In this document: piece by piece, positions 38,331 to 50,897 of the stretch
How positions within the stretch are numbered: the first letter of the stretch is position 1
How the letters are laid out: every line of letters starts with the position of its first letter
NCBI GenBank assembly: GCA_010909165.1
Contig: MU008166.1
Location: 1,612,001-1,676,000 of the forward strand
DNA length: 64,000 nucleotides
Source: Anthoceros angustus
Lineage: Eukaryota; Plantae; Anthocerotophyta
Reading direction: 5' to 3'
Position numbers and translations under genes: made by a program
Notes under the pieces: model-generated
Told to the model about the DNA's origin: nothing
The model's database searches: none
The model's input: only the letters and a program-made list of their open reading frames with translations

Positions 38331-38759
38331 ATACTCAGTTCATGGCGATTTAGTCGGTGTGATGAAGGGCCGATGACCTCATTGTTCCATAATTTCCTCA
38401 TGTCCATAGTTTCGCATTTTGTGTGGTTTTGTATGTTTTTGTATACCAGGGGGGCCTAGGCACGCATAAGTGCGTGCCTAAACAACGCTATGTGCAAACT
38501 TGTGCATGCACTGTGCAAAAAGAACGCGAAAAATGATCTTCTAATGAGGAAGCATGTCCTTTTGGCGGTCTGAGGATGTGCCGGAATTCCCGACAAAATA
38601 ACAAGTAGCAGACATCGGCGGAGGTTCACCTAGACCACTCTTATATACCTATCCTATGCCCTAATGCGACGAAGAATACCCTATCCCCTTTTTATTCTTT
38701 ACGGTGTTTCCGTCTCTTTCGGTGGTGATCTAGTACCGGGTTATCATCAAACATGCCAG

Positions 38760-39500
38760 GGGGGCCCAAATGAGTGAACAAGTGCATGCACCAGGGGGCA
38801 AGGGGGCCCGGGTGTGCGCACAAGTGCGCGCACCACGGGGCAAGGGGGCCTGAGTGTGCACACCAGGGGGCAAGGAAGGCCGGTGCGCGCGTGCGCGCAC
38901 TGGGGCAAGGGGCCCCAGTGCGCGCGTGCGCGCGCACTGTGCAAGGATGCCCGGTGCGCGCACAGACTTGCGCCGCACTGGGGCAAGGGGCCCCAGTGCG
39001 CGCACAAGTGCGCGCGCACCAAAGGATGCCCGGTGCGCGCACTTGTGCGCCGCACTGGGGCAAGGATGCCAGTGCGCGCACTGGGGCAAGGATGCCCGGT
39101 GCGCGCGCACTGGGGCAAGGATGCCCGGGTGCGCGCACTTGTGCGCGCACCAGGGGGCAAGGATGCCCGGGTGCGCGCACTTGTGCGCGCACCAGGGGGC
39201 AAGGATGCCCAGGTGCGCGCACTACGGGGCAAGGGGGCCCGGGTGCGCGCACAAGTGTGTGCACCCGGGGGCAAGAAGGCCCAAGTGTGCACATAAGTGC
39301 GCGCACCCAAGGTCAAGAAGGGCCTGGGAGCATGAACCCAAATTGTTGAATGCCTCCTAGTGCATTCCCAGACGGTTCATCCAAAGAAAAAAAGAGCAAA
39401 AAGCCTAAAAAAATCCTAAATATCCCTTAAAAATTACAAAAAAGTCCAGTTTTTTGAGGCAAGTGCGCGCACAAGTGCGCGCACTTGCTCTAAAATTTTG
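38760..39500. repeat. GC-rich mosaic array of palindromic GTGCGCGCAC and GGGGCAAGG units
   Basis: About 20 palindrome cores interleaved with (C)AGGGGGCAAGG/GGATGCCC units. Confidence 0.9.
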
Positions 39501-40269
39501 ATAATTTTTTGGATTTTTTTGCATGTTTTTTGATATTTTTGTTGTTTTAAAGGGTTCCTTCCGACGTTTTCAACCTTTTTTGTGCGGCTCCCTAATGTGG
39601 ATATGTTCTTATCTTTACTTAACCCTCATCTTTTTCTAGTGGTTAAAATTTGAACTTAAACTTTGAACTAGTAGTGAGAACCTTTTGCATCTTTTGAATC
39701 TTAAGACGGTTGGCGTGGGCCCGACTCTAAGTGCGACCATGCCACTCTCATTCTCACACTAGACGTGGATCAAGAGCATCAGGCCAAAGAAGATATTATT
39801 GTCCCAATGTCTAAGGAACAAAGGCCTGTAAAATTTTCGGAGCGAGAGTATAGTCATAGGATTGACTAGTATGAATGAAAGGTAGGTGCGCAAACAAGTT
39901 TGCGCACCATAATTACAGCAAGCCCTAAAAACTCTAAATGTTTGTATACGTCCAACACCTGGCAATGATCGCCAGATGTTGGAGACTGTTTAGATGCAAG
40001 TGCGCGCATAAGTTTGCGCGAATTTTGTGTCCAGCTTGAAAAAGCCGAACGAGAATGGGACTTTAGGTTTTGCCACGTACTTGCAATCTACAATCTCAAA
40101 TAACGTGTATCAAAACAATTATTCAAAAGGTTGCGGGTAACATGTCTGTAGAGAAATATCAAAAAGCCTGATTATAGTGCGGATTTTTTCAAGTGCAAGA
40201 AGGGGTCCGGCCAAGTCCGTGTGCAAAAAGGGGTTTCAGGAGAAACCCCTTTCTAAACAGACGCTGTTC

Positions 40270-41950
40270 CCTGAGTTGTTGAGGGGCCCCACAGTTATAG
40301 GTTGAGAGAGAACAGGCCAGAGGCTGGACCAATCCTAGGCGGAACCTCATCGCAATAGAAAAAGAAGCTGGTGTGATTCAGAATGACTGGATGCAAGGCC
40401 GAGCCAGAAGCTAGGAACCTGCTCCGTTCCCCAAGCAAGAGCAAATGCGTGCACGAACAGGCTGGGGAATAGTAGAGTCTAGAAGCATTGCCCGTTTGCG
40501 CCTGCTCGTGCTACTTCTCCTAGAGAGAGAGGCCTCAAGGCCACCTGGCCCTTCCACAGAAAATGAGGAAAAGGTAAGCATGGCCGCCCTAGCCTCGGAG
40601 GAAAGGGAGAGGGAATCCTGCAAAGGGAAGGCCCCCTCCTTAGTGCTCGAAACGAAGGCCTCCAAGATGGGAACATCCCGGACTAAGAAACGAATGGTGA
40701 AACCGGAGGCAGAGAGGGCCCAGCTCTCAAGGAAGGTCGTCGATGTCGAGACCTCCATGGTTAGCAGACCTGTGCCCCCAAAAGCGATAGGAAGGGATGC
40801 CTGCCGCTGCGCAAAGCCCTTGCGGCACACTCAAAGGTCCTCGGCCCAATAATGTCTTCAAGTGCTTGCAAATTCTGTAAATCAAAATTTCGTAGGCTTA
40901 ATAAAAAAGCTAGGGAGGGGGCCACCGTCCTGGTGAGATAACCCAGCCAATGCGCGAAGCAGGATGAAAGGATGTCAAATGCCACTTGAGGTCCCCTAGT
41001 AGAGATAGGTCACCGACGCGAGCCAAGTCCTCTTTCAAAGCCTCATCCACAAAACCTCGAATAATTGTCGGAGGTACCACGAGGACCCCCAAGATGTGAA
41101 GTCCCTACGAGGACCCCAAGATGCGAAGTCCCTACGAGGACCCCCAAGATGCGAAGTCCCTACGAGGACCCCCAAGATGCGAAGTCCCTACGAGGACCCC
41201 CAAGATGCGAAGTCCCTACGAAAGAACAATGTCCACCCCAGGAAACTGAAGAGAAGGAGTAATGCCAGTCAGGACCAAACCTTGCACTTCAAAAGCTTGA
41301 CCCTCAAACCTAGGCGGGAGAGCTCTCCTTGATTTTACCCCTATGTCCTAAGGTATGAGTGTCTTTGTAAAAATTGCCATCCTACAAAACGTACCACGGG
41401 GACCCCCAAGATGCGAAGTCCATACGAAGGAACAATGTCCACCCTAGGAAACTGAAGAGAAGGAGTAATGCTAGACAGGGACCGAACCTTGCACTTCAAA
41501 AGCTTGACCCTCAAACCCAGGCGGGAGAGCTCTCCTGATTTTACCCGTGTGTCCTAAGGTATGCGTGTGTCCTAAGGTATGAGTGCCTTTGTAAAAATTG
41601 TCATCCTATAAAGCGTTCTCGACGTCCACCTCTAAGACAACCAATCTTGACAAATGATCGTAGTAAGACTGCCGTATCGAGATAAAAAAAGCTCGTCCAA
41701 CATGTAATCCAGAATATTTGTGGAATGAGGTCATATGAAGCCTAATGAAAGGCACGGAGCGCAGACATGGTGTCGTCGAAGACTAACGCCACTCCTCGGA
41801 GACCGGCGCCACTGGCTCCCAGCGTAGTGCCCGGGCAAGCTTGGCGTATGTATGTACATATGTAGTCCGCGGGACAGCCGCTCTTTGACCGAAGTGCCTT
41901 ACATAGGTATTGAACCATGTCTTCTGAAAGTCCCAAGACCCCCACATATG
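40270..41950 (-). mobile_element. Second CRE-like non-LTR retrotransposon fragment (RT and thumb region), internally deleted
   Basis: In order: VVLEVDVENA, *DD, GLRVKLLKCKVW, GLRILGVLVG, FVDEAL..D.QMAFDILSSC...YLTRTVAP, QASLPIAFGGTGL, RARICSCLGNGAGS*LLARP and FSIAMRFRLGL. Confidence 0.7.
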
Positions 41951-42166
41951 CCTACTCCGGGCGGTTTCAGGTTTTATTAACAGGTATCTACAGCTGCGTA
42001 GCCATTTGTCGACGCCAAACGATTATGCCAGCACAGACAAAATGACGAAACAATATGAACAGCCCGCTGGTGCTCCACCTCGCGGCACCTCCCTCCCTTT
42101 CTCCGCTCTGTAGAGATTCGGCCAAATCCGCCATTTGCTGCTCTTGCTGCTCTTCAGGAGATCCTC

Positions 42167-43585
42167 ATGGTATCGTGAGCTTGTTACTTGCTGCCAAGAT
42201 CTGCGGACAAATGTTATCCTGATTTTCTCAGAATTTTGCCTCGCCATTCCTTCGTTTTTCATTGTCTTTTGTAAGATTAACGGTCCTCTCCACATGGTGT
42301 CGGATGTCTTTAGGCGAACACTTTGAGACCGTACCTCACATGCATTCGCAACACACTCACTGCTGCACTGTGCCTGCAGGTTGCGTTCCATTATTAGGGC
42401 TCTCATTTCCAAATTATTATGCTGATGGTGCATGGCCTTAGGTCAAAGTGTCGTGTTTCTGCAGAGATCTTGCTGCAGGATGGTGTGGTAGACGGCTTAT
42501 TCGCACTCATCTGGTGTGTATTGGCAGAATTTTCCATGCCAGGAGGTTGAGAGGCACAACAAGCCGGAAGTTGAATTCAAGTAAGTCACTAGCTTTACCT
42601 CTTGGTTGTGACAGGTGGTAAGACTCCGTTATTGAAGGTGTCTCTGCGTGCAGGTTCCTTGGCAATTCACTGGTTTACTGTTTTTGTTGCAGGACAAGCT
42701 CAGAGCTGCTCCTCAATCCCGTATATCCTTGGCCTGACATGTTGCTGTCCACATGGAGACGTTGGTCTTCACTCTTCCATCGAATCCTGAACGAGCAGTA
42801 TACTCTTTCTTGTTAACTCCAGCTCCCTATGGACGGTGTGTAGGTCCTAATATGCAGGAATGAAGCCGAGAAGTGTTTAATTGAGACCTCGATCAACTCT
42901 TTGAGAATAAGTATAAAGGTATGTGGTTTTAAATGTCTGTTGTGTTGTGTTTGCAAGGGGGGAGCTAGGAATGCGAGTGTTGAGGTACGTTCGTGCTGTG
43001 TAATGAGCTCCAGGTTAAACAGGCAGACGAGTTGGAGAACATCCTTGCCCGGAAGTTTTTGCGCTTCTTATCAATGAGAGCCGAGTCATTTCAGGTTCTT
43101 CGGAGGAAGCCCGTCCAGGTAGTGAACGCAGCAACAACCTCGCTTTGAACTGGGTCGGTTTCTATGGATCAGTAACCACTTCTCCCACAGTTCTTACCAC
43201 TCTCCTTATTGGCATTTTGATGCGATACTTGATTGTTTATCAGGGTTATGACATCAGCTTTTTGATCACAAACTACCACTGCGAAGAGATGTACAAGCAC
43301 AAGTTGATAGACTTCATTGTCCAGTTCATGGAGGTTAGTTATCCCGCTTGTCTTGAGCAGTCACGTCAAGTGAGAAGTATTAGCCTGCGAACACTCCCAT
43401 GGGGCCAAGAGTCTTCATTCCCTGCTTCCTAGAGATGCGACCGCAAGAAAAAGGAGGCTAACACTAACCATTGGATCCTCTGTGGATGTGGCCAGGACAT
43501 TGATAAAGAGATAAGCGAGCTGAAGCTGTCTGTTAACACTAGAGGGCGATTGGTGGCAGCTGAATTTCTCAAACAGTTCACATAG
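42167..43585 (+). CDS. ARPC4: Actin-related protein 2/3 complex subunit 4, 8 exons
   Basis: ATG micro-exon at 42167-42169, then exons reading [93 protein letters not shown] and [29 protein letters not shown]. Confidence 0.97.
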
Positions 43586-44649
43586 TTCCCTTGAGCACCA
43601 GCAACCCAGGCCACCTGTGGGCACTCGTTTAGCATGTGCTTGCGGTTTTCCATCTCTTGAGAATTGAATTTCACATTATGTATGGCTTTATTTATTATAT
43701 CCCGTTTTTTCGACACCTACAGTGTAGGTAGCCTACTCGACTCTAGCTAGGTACCAAGTGAAAATAAGTGCCCTATTTGATTCAAAATCACGTTTCCCGC
43801 TCGTCCTGTTGTTGGCTCAAATATGCGAAGCTTAATGCTCTGCCATCGAGCATTTGGTGCTGCGGTCTCACCAATCCAAGCCTGGCATTGGAAGAATTGA
43901 AAGTAGGTTTGGAAGAATTGAATGGAGTTCTGACGCTGCGCAGTCTGTCCTGGGAAATTCGCGCTACTCCGAGCTGGGAATTGGAAGCCAAGTGCCTGCC
44001 TTGCTGTCGCCTTTTTTCTGCAGGAACGGTCTTTGTGGCAGGGCCGCAGCACATCTTTTCTTCCACTGGCATTGCGCTTGATTGGTGGGTGAACTTCGAC
44101 TCGCTGAATTCTGTAGCCGTTGTCTGAGCTCTCTTGCAATCTCAGTGTCTGCCCAAGACTTGGCGTCCTCTTCAGGATCCTTGCCTCACTCAGTCTTCTT
44201 ATGATGCACTAGTTGCCTGTGCAGGTTTTCCAATTTGATGTTGGAATAGTTCAATTGCATTAGTACCGGATGCTGAAGCTGGAATCGCCGCTTTGATATC
44301 ATAGACACCCGCTCTGCCCGTCATTGCTTTCCTTTCATTCCCTGGTGGTCCTGCGGAGGAACATGAGGGAGGAGTGCACCGACAGATCGTTATGTGCCGG
44401 TGGGAATCTCTGAGAGAAATTTTGCTCGTTTCGATCTAGAGGACAGGTCCTGATGGCTTTTGCTCGTTTAACCACACAGGTGACCAGCCTGCAGACTGTT
44501 CAGCATATAACGCACCTCGAGTGTTAGGAGTCGATCGTACATCTGAAGGTTCGCCTCTCAGTCTCCATGAACCATGAGCCTGCATCGGCGTGTCATTATT
44601 CCCAATTGGTTTAATCCACCATGATGTGTACCAGGCATTTTAGTCCAGA

Positions 44650-47600
44650 GTAAGATATCAGTGGTGGTTCTGAATCCCAGGAGCCTTGATGAACGAGGAA
44701 AGCGGCTTTTGCAGGTTTGAATCCTCGTGCGACCAGTTTTTAATCTCATTCACTTGTCTTCGGCCATGTTTTCTGCTCTGTGAACAGCAAATTACGCTCC
44801 AGCTGACCACATGTTGGACTTTAGGATGTGTTGAAACTGTACAACGAGGAGCTTCCTTCCATGAGTTATGCCGCAAACACTGGCAAGCAATCTAGGTTTC
44901 TTGAGAGAACAATCACAAGCGGGTATGTATTTGTAGGTCATGGCTGCTGTGTTGGTCTAGAGTGAAACTCTCATACAGTTTGTCCGGTATCTGTCAGGCG
45001 TCCCAACCTAAGTTGATTTCCATCATTGACCTTCTGTACTCTACGGCCTTGGCAGGAAGTATTGCACTCTTCTTCTCAAGCACAGTACTGCTGGTGTAAT
45101 AGACGATGTAAGTCCTGTCTCTCACAGTGTTGATGTTATTCCTGTCCTATATAATTGTCACTCACAGGTGCAACGGGCCTGTGTTTAGGTGGTCGCAGCT
45201 CTCACTTACCAGATTATACCCGCTGACACACAATATGCAGAAATCCCTCTGGCTGCAGTGCGTCGATGTCAACAGAGGAAGGTACCTGAACTCTCATTGT
45301 CTGCTCTACATCATGATACTCACATGACATTTTTTGCAGCACTGAAATGCATCATATGACGTGTCTGGCCCAATGTGAATCCAGGGTTTCGGTTCCTCGT
45401 TGTTTAAGGAGTTACAGGAAAGGCTAGAAGATGTTGGCGTGTTAACAGCTTTCTGTTGGGGGGATGACGAATCTGAAGCTTTCTGGGTTAAACAGGTGGT
45501 CGAATCTTTTCTATGGTTGGGCTAATGTGTTGCATTCTATATTTTGCAAAAGGTGACCCATTGTGTACTTCTGCAGGGCTTTGCAAAAATTGCTGAATCT
45601 GATGGCCGTGGAAGGCCACATAAGTTCCGTATGAAGGCTGACGTCCGAAGGGCAATGAGCTTGCCAGGAAGTGCTACACTCATGATATGTCATATTGGCG
45701 GCATTACACGTGAGAAGAATTTCTCTCATCGTTTGGCAGGCGCCTTAGGTTCCGAACGATCTCCTCTTGGAGATGCTCCTCGTTGCAAAGTAGCAATCAG
45801 AGGTTCCCCAATGTTCTCCATAGCCACTCCAGTGCTGGGAGATTCGAAGGCTGCCATTGCAGTGACCCCGTCAGACCCTACTGAAACCAGGAAGGTGTCT
45901 CCTGTAGCTGGGAAAGCTGGAGGTTCTAACTTGCTGCCATTGAACATAGCTGGAGCCTTTGCAAGAGTGGCTGGCAACATAACTTGTGCCGAGGGAGAGG
46001 ATGCTACTCGACAGCCTGAAGCTTCTGGGAGAAGCCCTTTCCTCAGAGACGTGACTAATCTGTTGCCAAAGTCTGGAAGTTGTGGTAACAACTATCTTGC
46101 AGCGTTATGTACTGTTGCTTCTAGCTTTTCTGAAGCTGAGTGTCAACGACACAGTGATTCCGGTAATTTTCGCATTTCAGCGTCCGAGTTGGTACTCGGG
46201 TTAGCCATGTGTGCGTTCCTGTCAGCTTGTTTCATCTAACTGGTTTCAATTTTGTGCAGAATTATCTCGAAAGGATCTGCCTGATGGATCTGAGAAGACT
46301 GGCCTCAAGCGAACGAGAAGAGTTGATAAAACATATAAAAGGAGAACTGGTGCTTCGAATGCAGATGCACGAGATCTGGATATCTCAAGTGCGACATCTC
46401 GATGTGAAGAGACGAGTACACAAACCAGAGCCAAGAAGCCTCGACGCCATGTAGATGATGCAGGTAGAAAAAAGTGTGTCCTTATGCCAGCTCCTACGGA
46501 TAATGTAGGACAAAGGTCACAATGCTCAAGCCACTTGTCAGATGTGGATGTAGATATAGCACGTTTGAACGTGGGAACTACGAACGACGGTGTTCCTCAG
46601 AGTGGGTCTTCCGCAGTAAGTCCATGTGTGGGAAAGGACGTGTCAATGGCTGAGGCACGTCCATTGGTTACAGCAGAATGGTGGGATCTTGGAAAACCTC
46701 CTACTGGTGGGTCTGATCTTGATCATAATGGACAAGAAGGTGACCCAGGTTGTGTGGGATCACATCATGCTCAAGAAGGTGACCCAGGTTGTGTGGGAGG
46801 TGATCCCAACCGTCACACAGTAACTTCTTCAATACCCACCAGTCCAGGTGATTCTGCTGGTGAGACAAGGCGGAGTTCACTTGATGGCCATGCTCATTCA
46901 GATCACGGTTCAAAGCAAGATACACCACATGCAGGACCGAATGCTGTACAAGTCAATTCGTCCGCGAGGGATGTTGAGAGATTGGACCTTCAGACTGTAA
47001 GCAAACCTCAGAATGGAGATGGGATGTCTACGAACAGCATCTGGGAGAACACAGAGTTGATTGCCTCTGAAGATCTGCTAGGAACAAGCATCGATGACGT
47101 TTCCAGACGAGGGGATCATGTTGTGATGTTCATGAACATGGCTAGTGAGACCAGGAGAAAACAGCTGACTATGGTACGTCGTTGTCCTTGTTCTTGTTAG
47201 TTTGGTTTCTGGCATTGCAAAACTCAAAAAGCTTTGTGTACTTGTTACATACACTTCCACCACAAAAGCTTGTGGAGAATTTAGGTGGGAAGGTTTCCTG
47301 TAAGGGTATCGAGTGCACCCACATTGTGACCGGCGAAGTGCGGACAACCCTTAATTTCTGTACGGCTCTTTGCTCCGGGTAAGCAATGACTGTAAAAAAG
47401 AATGTGATCATCGTTTGAAGATGTTTTTTACTCATCTCGCAAATCTCTTTTCGTGTCGGGTCGTTCATGCGCAGAGCTTGGATTGTATCCTCAGATTGGC
47501 TGAAAGACAGTGCTAGGCAAAACCGTTTTGTGGGTAAGACATTGCCTGCCCTTCCAAGTGTACGCACTTATGAACAGTGACAGTCTCTAATAGTCACCCC

Positions 47601-48080
47601 TATTTTGTTCGCAGATCCTACCTCCTACGTCTTGCATGACATGGCCTTCGCGATGAAATACGGGTCAACTCTTCAGGAGGTTGTTCTGAGAGCAAGGAAC
47701 AGGCCAAATGCCCTGCTCCAGGGCTTTTCCGTATACCCCGCGCCAAGCTCTCGTCTCGATTTTGATGCAGTTTCCCAGCTGATCATAGCAGCTGGCGGCA
47801 AAGTAAGATCCTCTTTCACCTTGCGACGTCGATGAAACAAGACGCCTGCACGCAAGTGACATTCATCTTTGGGATGCAGGTACTGCTAAGAGTCCAGGAA
47901 GTCCACGCATCACAAGTGCCATCGCACTGTATCATGCTGGCAAGCGAGGAACATACTGTGGAAGCTCTCGAGTTGGCTCGAAAGGGAGTCTGGGTTTTCG
48001 CCCTGGACTGGTTCATGTCTTGTATTGTTACGCAAGACTTGGATTTGTCTAAATCCCAGTTTGCGGAGTCCTTGAACTGA
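44650..48080 (+). CDS. GNAT acetyltransferase plus C-terminal tandem BRCT protein (like Arabidopsis At2g41450); multi-exon, 5' end unresolved
   Basis: Spliced exons read LYNEELPSMSYAANTGKQSRFLE, GKYCTLLLK, VVAALTYQIIPADTQYAEIPLAAV, FCWGDDESEAFWVKQGF, then a long linker and BRCT motifs LGGKV..CTHIVTGEVRTTLNFC, AWIVSSDWL, LIIAAGGKV and DWFMSCIVTQDLD. Confidence 0.85.
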
Positions 48081-48256
48081 TCTGGTTTAGATCTGGGCTG
48101 TCGAATGGGAATGCTACAGGGACTTAATCCTTGGCATTGCTCCCTCTAATTTTTCCGTCTCATGTCAACAGGCAAGGCAATACAGAATACAGAGCACTTC
48201 TAATGTGAGAGCAGTGAGCAGGCACATTGCAATAATATTGGAAGATACACATCTCA

Positions 48257-48580
48257 ACTTCGGGGCTCAACACTTTCGGGGCCTCCCTGGTCCCACCTGA
48301 TTTCGCCAGGGGCGGGCTGGCCCCGATTTACACGCACCGGCGCGCAACCGAGCTCCTTTGTGTGGTGGAAGGGACGCTGGAGGTGGGCTTCGTGTCCGCC
48401 GCCACCAACAAGAAGCTGTACAACGCGTTGCTGCACGCCGGAGATGCCTTCGTCTTCCCCCGCGGCCTCCTGCATTTCCAGAAGAACGTGGGGGCGACGG
48501 GCACGCCTGGGCGATCGTCGCCTGCGACAGCTCTTGGGGCCTGTCATCCTGGCGTCCGCCATGCCCTCCGATGTCCTGTA
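48257..48580 (+). pseudogene. Germin-like protein (cupin) fragment, 5'-truncated and frameshifted
   Basis: GLNTFGASL..DFARGGLAPIYTHRRATE..VVEGTLEVGFV...GDAFVFPRGLLHFQKNVG. The germin box HTHPRATE is altered and the frame is lost after NVG. Confidence 0.85.
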
Positions 48581-48741
48581 ACATAATTTCAACATCGCAA
48601 CACGGCGGAGCTTGTGCAGACTAAGACCCAGGCCATTCCAGCATCTTCCAAGTCGGATCAGTTCTTCTTCATCTGGATACGACGGTTATCTGCGTGCCGA
48701 TCTTCTTTAGCATATTCTGGAGTCCATAACTGTATTCTCCA

Positions 48742-48815
48742 TGGGCAGACGGGATTAGATCCCGCGACCTCGTAGCCCCGTGGAAGATGCTTCGCCAACC
48801 AACTGACTCGCTTGT
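48742..48815 (-). other. tRNA-like sequence (tRNA pseudogene or SINE head)
   Basis: The minus strand has A-box-like AGTCAGTTGGTTGGCG, then GAGGTC and a T-arm GCGGG-ATCTAAT-CCCGT. There is no complete acceptor stem. Confidence 0.45.
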
Positions 48816-50897
48816 GACACTTGCTATGTTTTCTGCAAATTAAATGGTCGCATTGGACCACTTGGCAAAGTGCAAGACCCGGCTTGACGACCAGTGGTGG
48901 CACATGTCCACCGTCAATAACCATCATTCTCGCCCGTCCAAACCGTCGACTCCGACGGCATGTTGTCCAAAGCGTTGTACAGCTTGTTGGTGCACGGACA
49001 GACTAGATTGCATTTTCTCGAATTTCTTTATACGGTCATGACGAAGTGTGCCGTCAAGAAGGACCTTTCTCTCGTTTTTTGCTGGCAGTGCTTGCCAGAC
49101 CAGATGCGATACTTCAGGAGGTGATCTTCATTTTTTTTTCGTTGGTAGGTTTTGTTATTGCTGCACTTCAGACAAGTTTGTGCAGAAGGATTGGACTGGG
49201 TAGGTGCATCCTCGCGTCCTGTGGGGTTGAGCTTGACCTGTTTGTCTGCAATCGATTGGAGGATAATGTACGCAATCTATGGCAGCAAACTTGGAGAATC
49301 TCGGATATTGTTTGACACACATATTGTTCGATCAAATGTGACTGGACTTTGGTAGATATTTGGAGGAAACTTCAAGGGGCAGGAACTTCAAGCCCTTCTT
49401 CCCTACAGTGCTATCGCAACTCTGTACACGTGTGACATTTGGGTGTCCCCAGCGGGCATATGCATTCTTGTCATGGCTGGAGGTGGAAGGCCTTAAATCT
49501 GTTCTGCAGTCATGATCATTTGCAGGAAGAAGGCATCACGGTATCTCGAATTCAGCATCAGATTCTTTGAAGCAGGGACGTGCATCGTCCTCATAGGCCC
49601 CAAGTATTTTAGTTTGAGAACGTGAGCGTCTACTGGTTCCAACCATCAAAACGTGTGAGAAAATAATTGAGACTGCTGTTGCTAGCTGGATCTCTTTTCA
49701 GGAGGTCGAGCTTGGAATGGCATGCATGGGCAGAGGGTTGGCTACTCGAAGTCTGGGCTGGGATGAGGGATGAACCTCACGGGCTTGCTTCCTCGCGCTG
49801 AAAGAGTGAAATCTCCCAATCATGGACCACAATTCATCTGCTAGGCTCAATTTATATATGCATATCAGACATCAATGATGGTTCCACTAAAAAACAAAGC
49901 CTCATGGATTCCATTGTCAGAGCCTGCATTTGCCAGTGCCGCAATTGGCTCTTTGTGGCATTGAAGCTCGGGCCCCTCGTGAAGAGAGATTCTAGAGGAA
50001 AACGAGACACATGCAAAGCCCTGCATGAATGGACGTCTGTCTATGTTGCGACTCGGAAGCTCGGAGTCGCAAACAGTTCGATCCAGAACGTGCGGACTTT
50101 TTGTATGACCGAGCTATCACACGAACATATATGCTGCGCTTCATCCTGGCTTGAAGAGCAGAGTTTGGATAGATGAAAAGCTTACTCTAGGCCATTGCAG
50201 CCCAGGCCTACATGGTGGCCTGCTGCAAAAAAGAATTGCTGCAATATGACTTTGACGTCATGCCCCTGTAGTACCCGCCACAGGTACCGCCAGGCAACAG
50301 CTCACCAGCTATGTACAGAAAGGAAAGCCTTGCTATGCTTCTGGCGGGCAGAGAACGCTCTTCTTCCTATTAGCTCAGGAACAACATGATTGCAAGTCCC
50401 GGACCCTAGAGTGCTACCATCCCCCTTCCAATCAAGCTATCCGGAGAAACTAGCTACAAATGCGCAGACAGGACAGCAAACTTGGAGGAGTCTATGCTTC
50501 TCAGCTGCAAAAGGCCGCCTCACACCCGCTTCGCATACTACTGCTCATCATCTTGCCTGCAGGCAAAATTGAAAGCTCGCACTACAATGTCCCTCCAAGA
50601 CTTCCCCTCAGGCAATGTACATACATGTCTGGTTGTTGACAGCAGAAAACGCCGCTTCTTCTTCCTATTACCTCTAACACACTACGTTTCAGCCGCAGCC
50701 CCGGCTCCTACAGTATTAGCGCATGATCCCGCTCTCAATCGACCTCTCCCGTGACATCGGCTGAAACAGCCCGCGGGAGAGCATCAAAGACGAGAGCCGA
50801 GACAGATAATTACAAATCACCTGCTCCTCCCGGCTTCAGGCTTCAGCGTCACCAAATCCCGCAACTAACATCGATATCGGGCAGGCACTCACTCTAC

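Noticed and set aside
38692-39360. Six overlapping ORFs of 126-204 aa
   Set aside because: Products of a stop-poor GC-rich repeat.
44712-44735. GGTTTGAATCC B-box-like motif
   Set aside because: It coincides with an intron donor of the GNAT-BRCT gene and has no A-box or cloverleaf.
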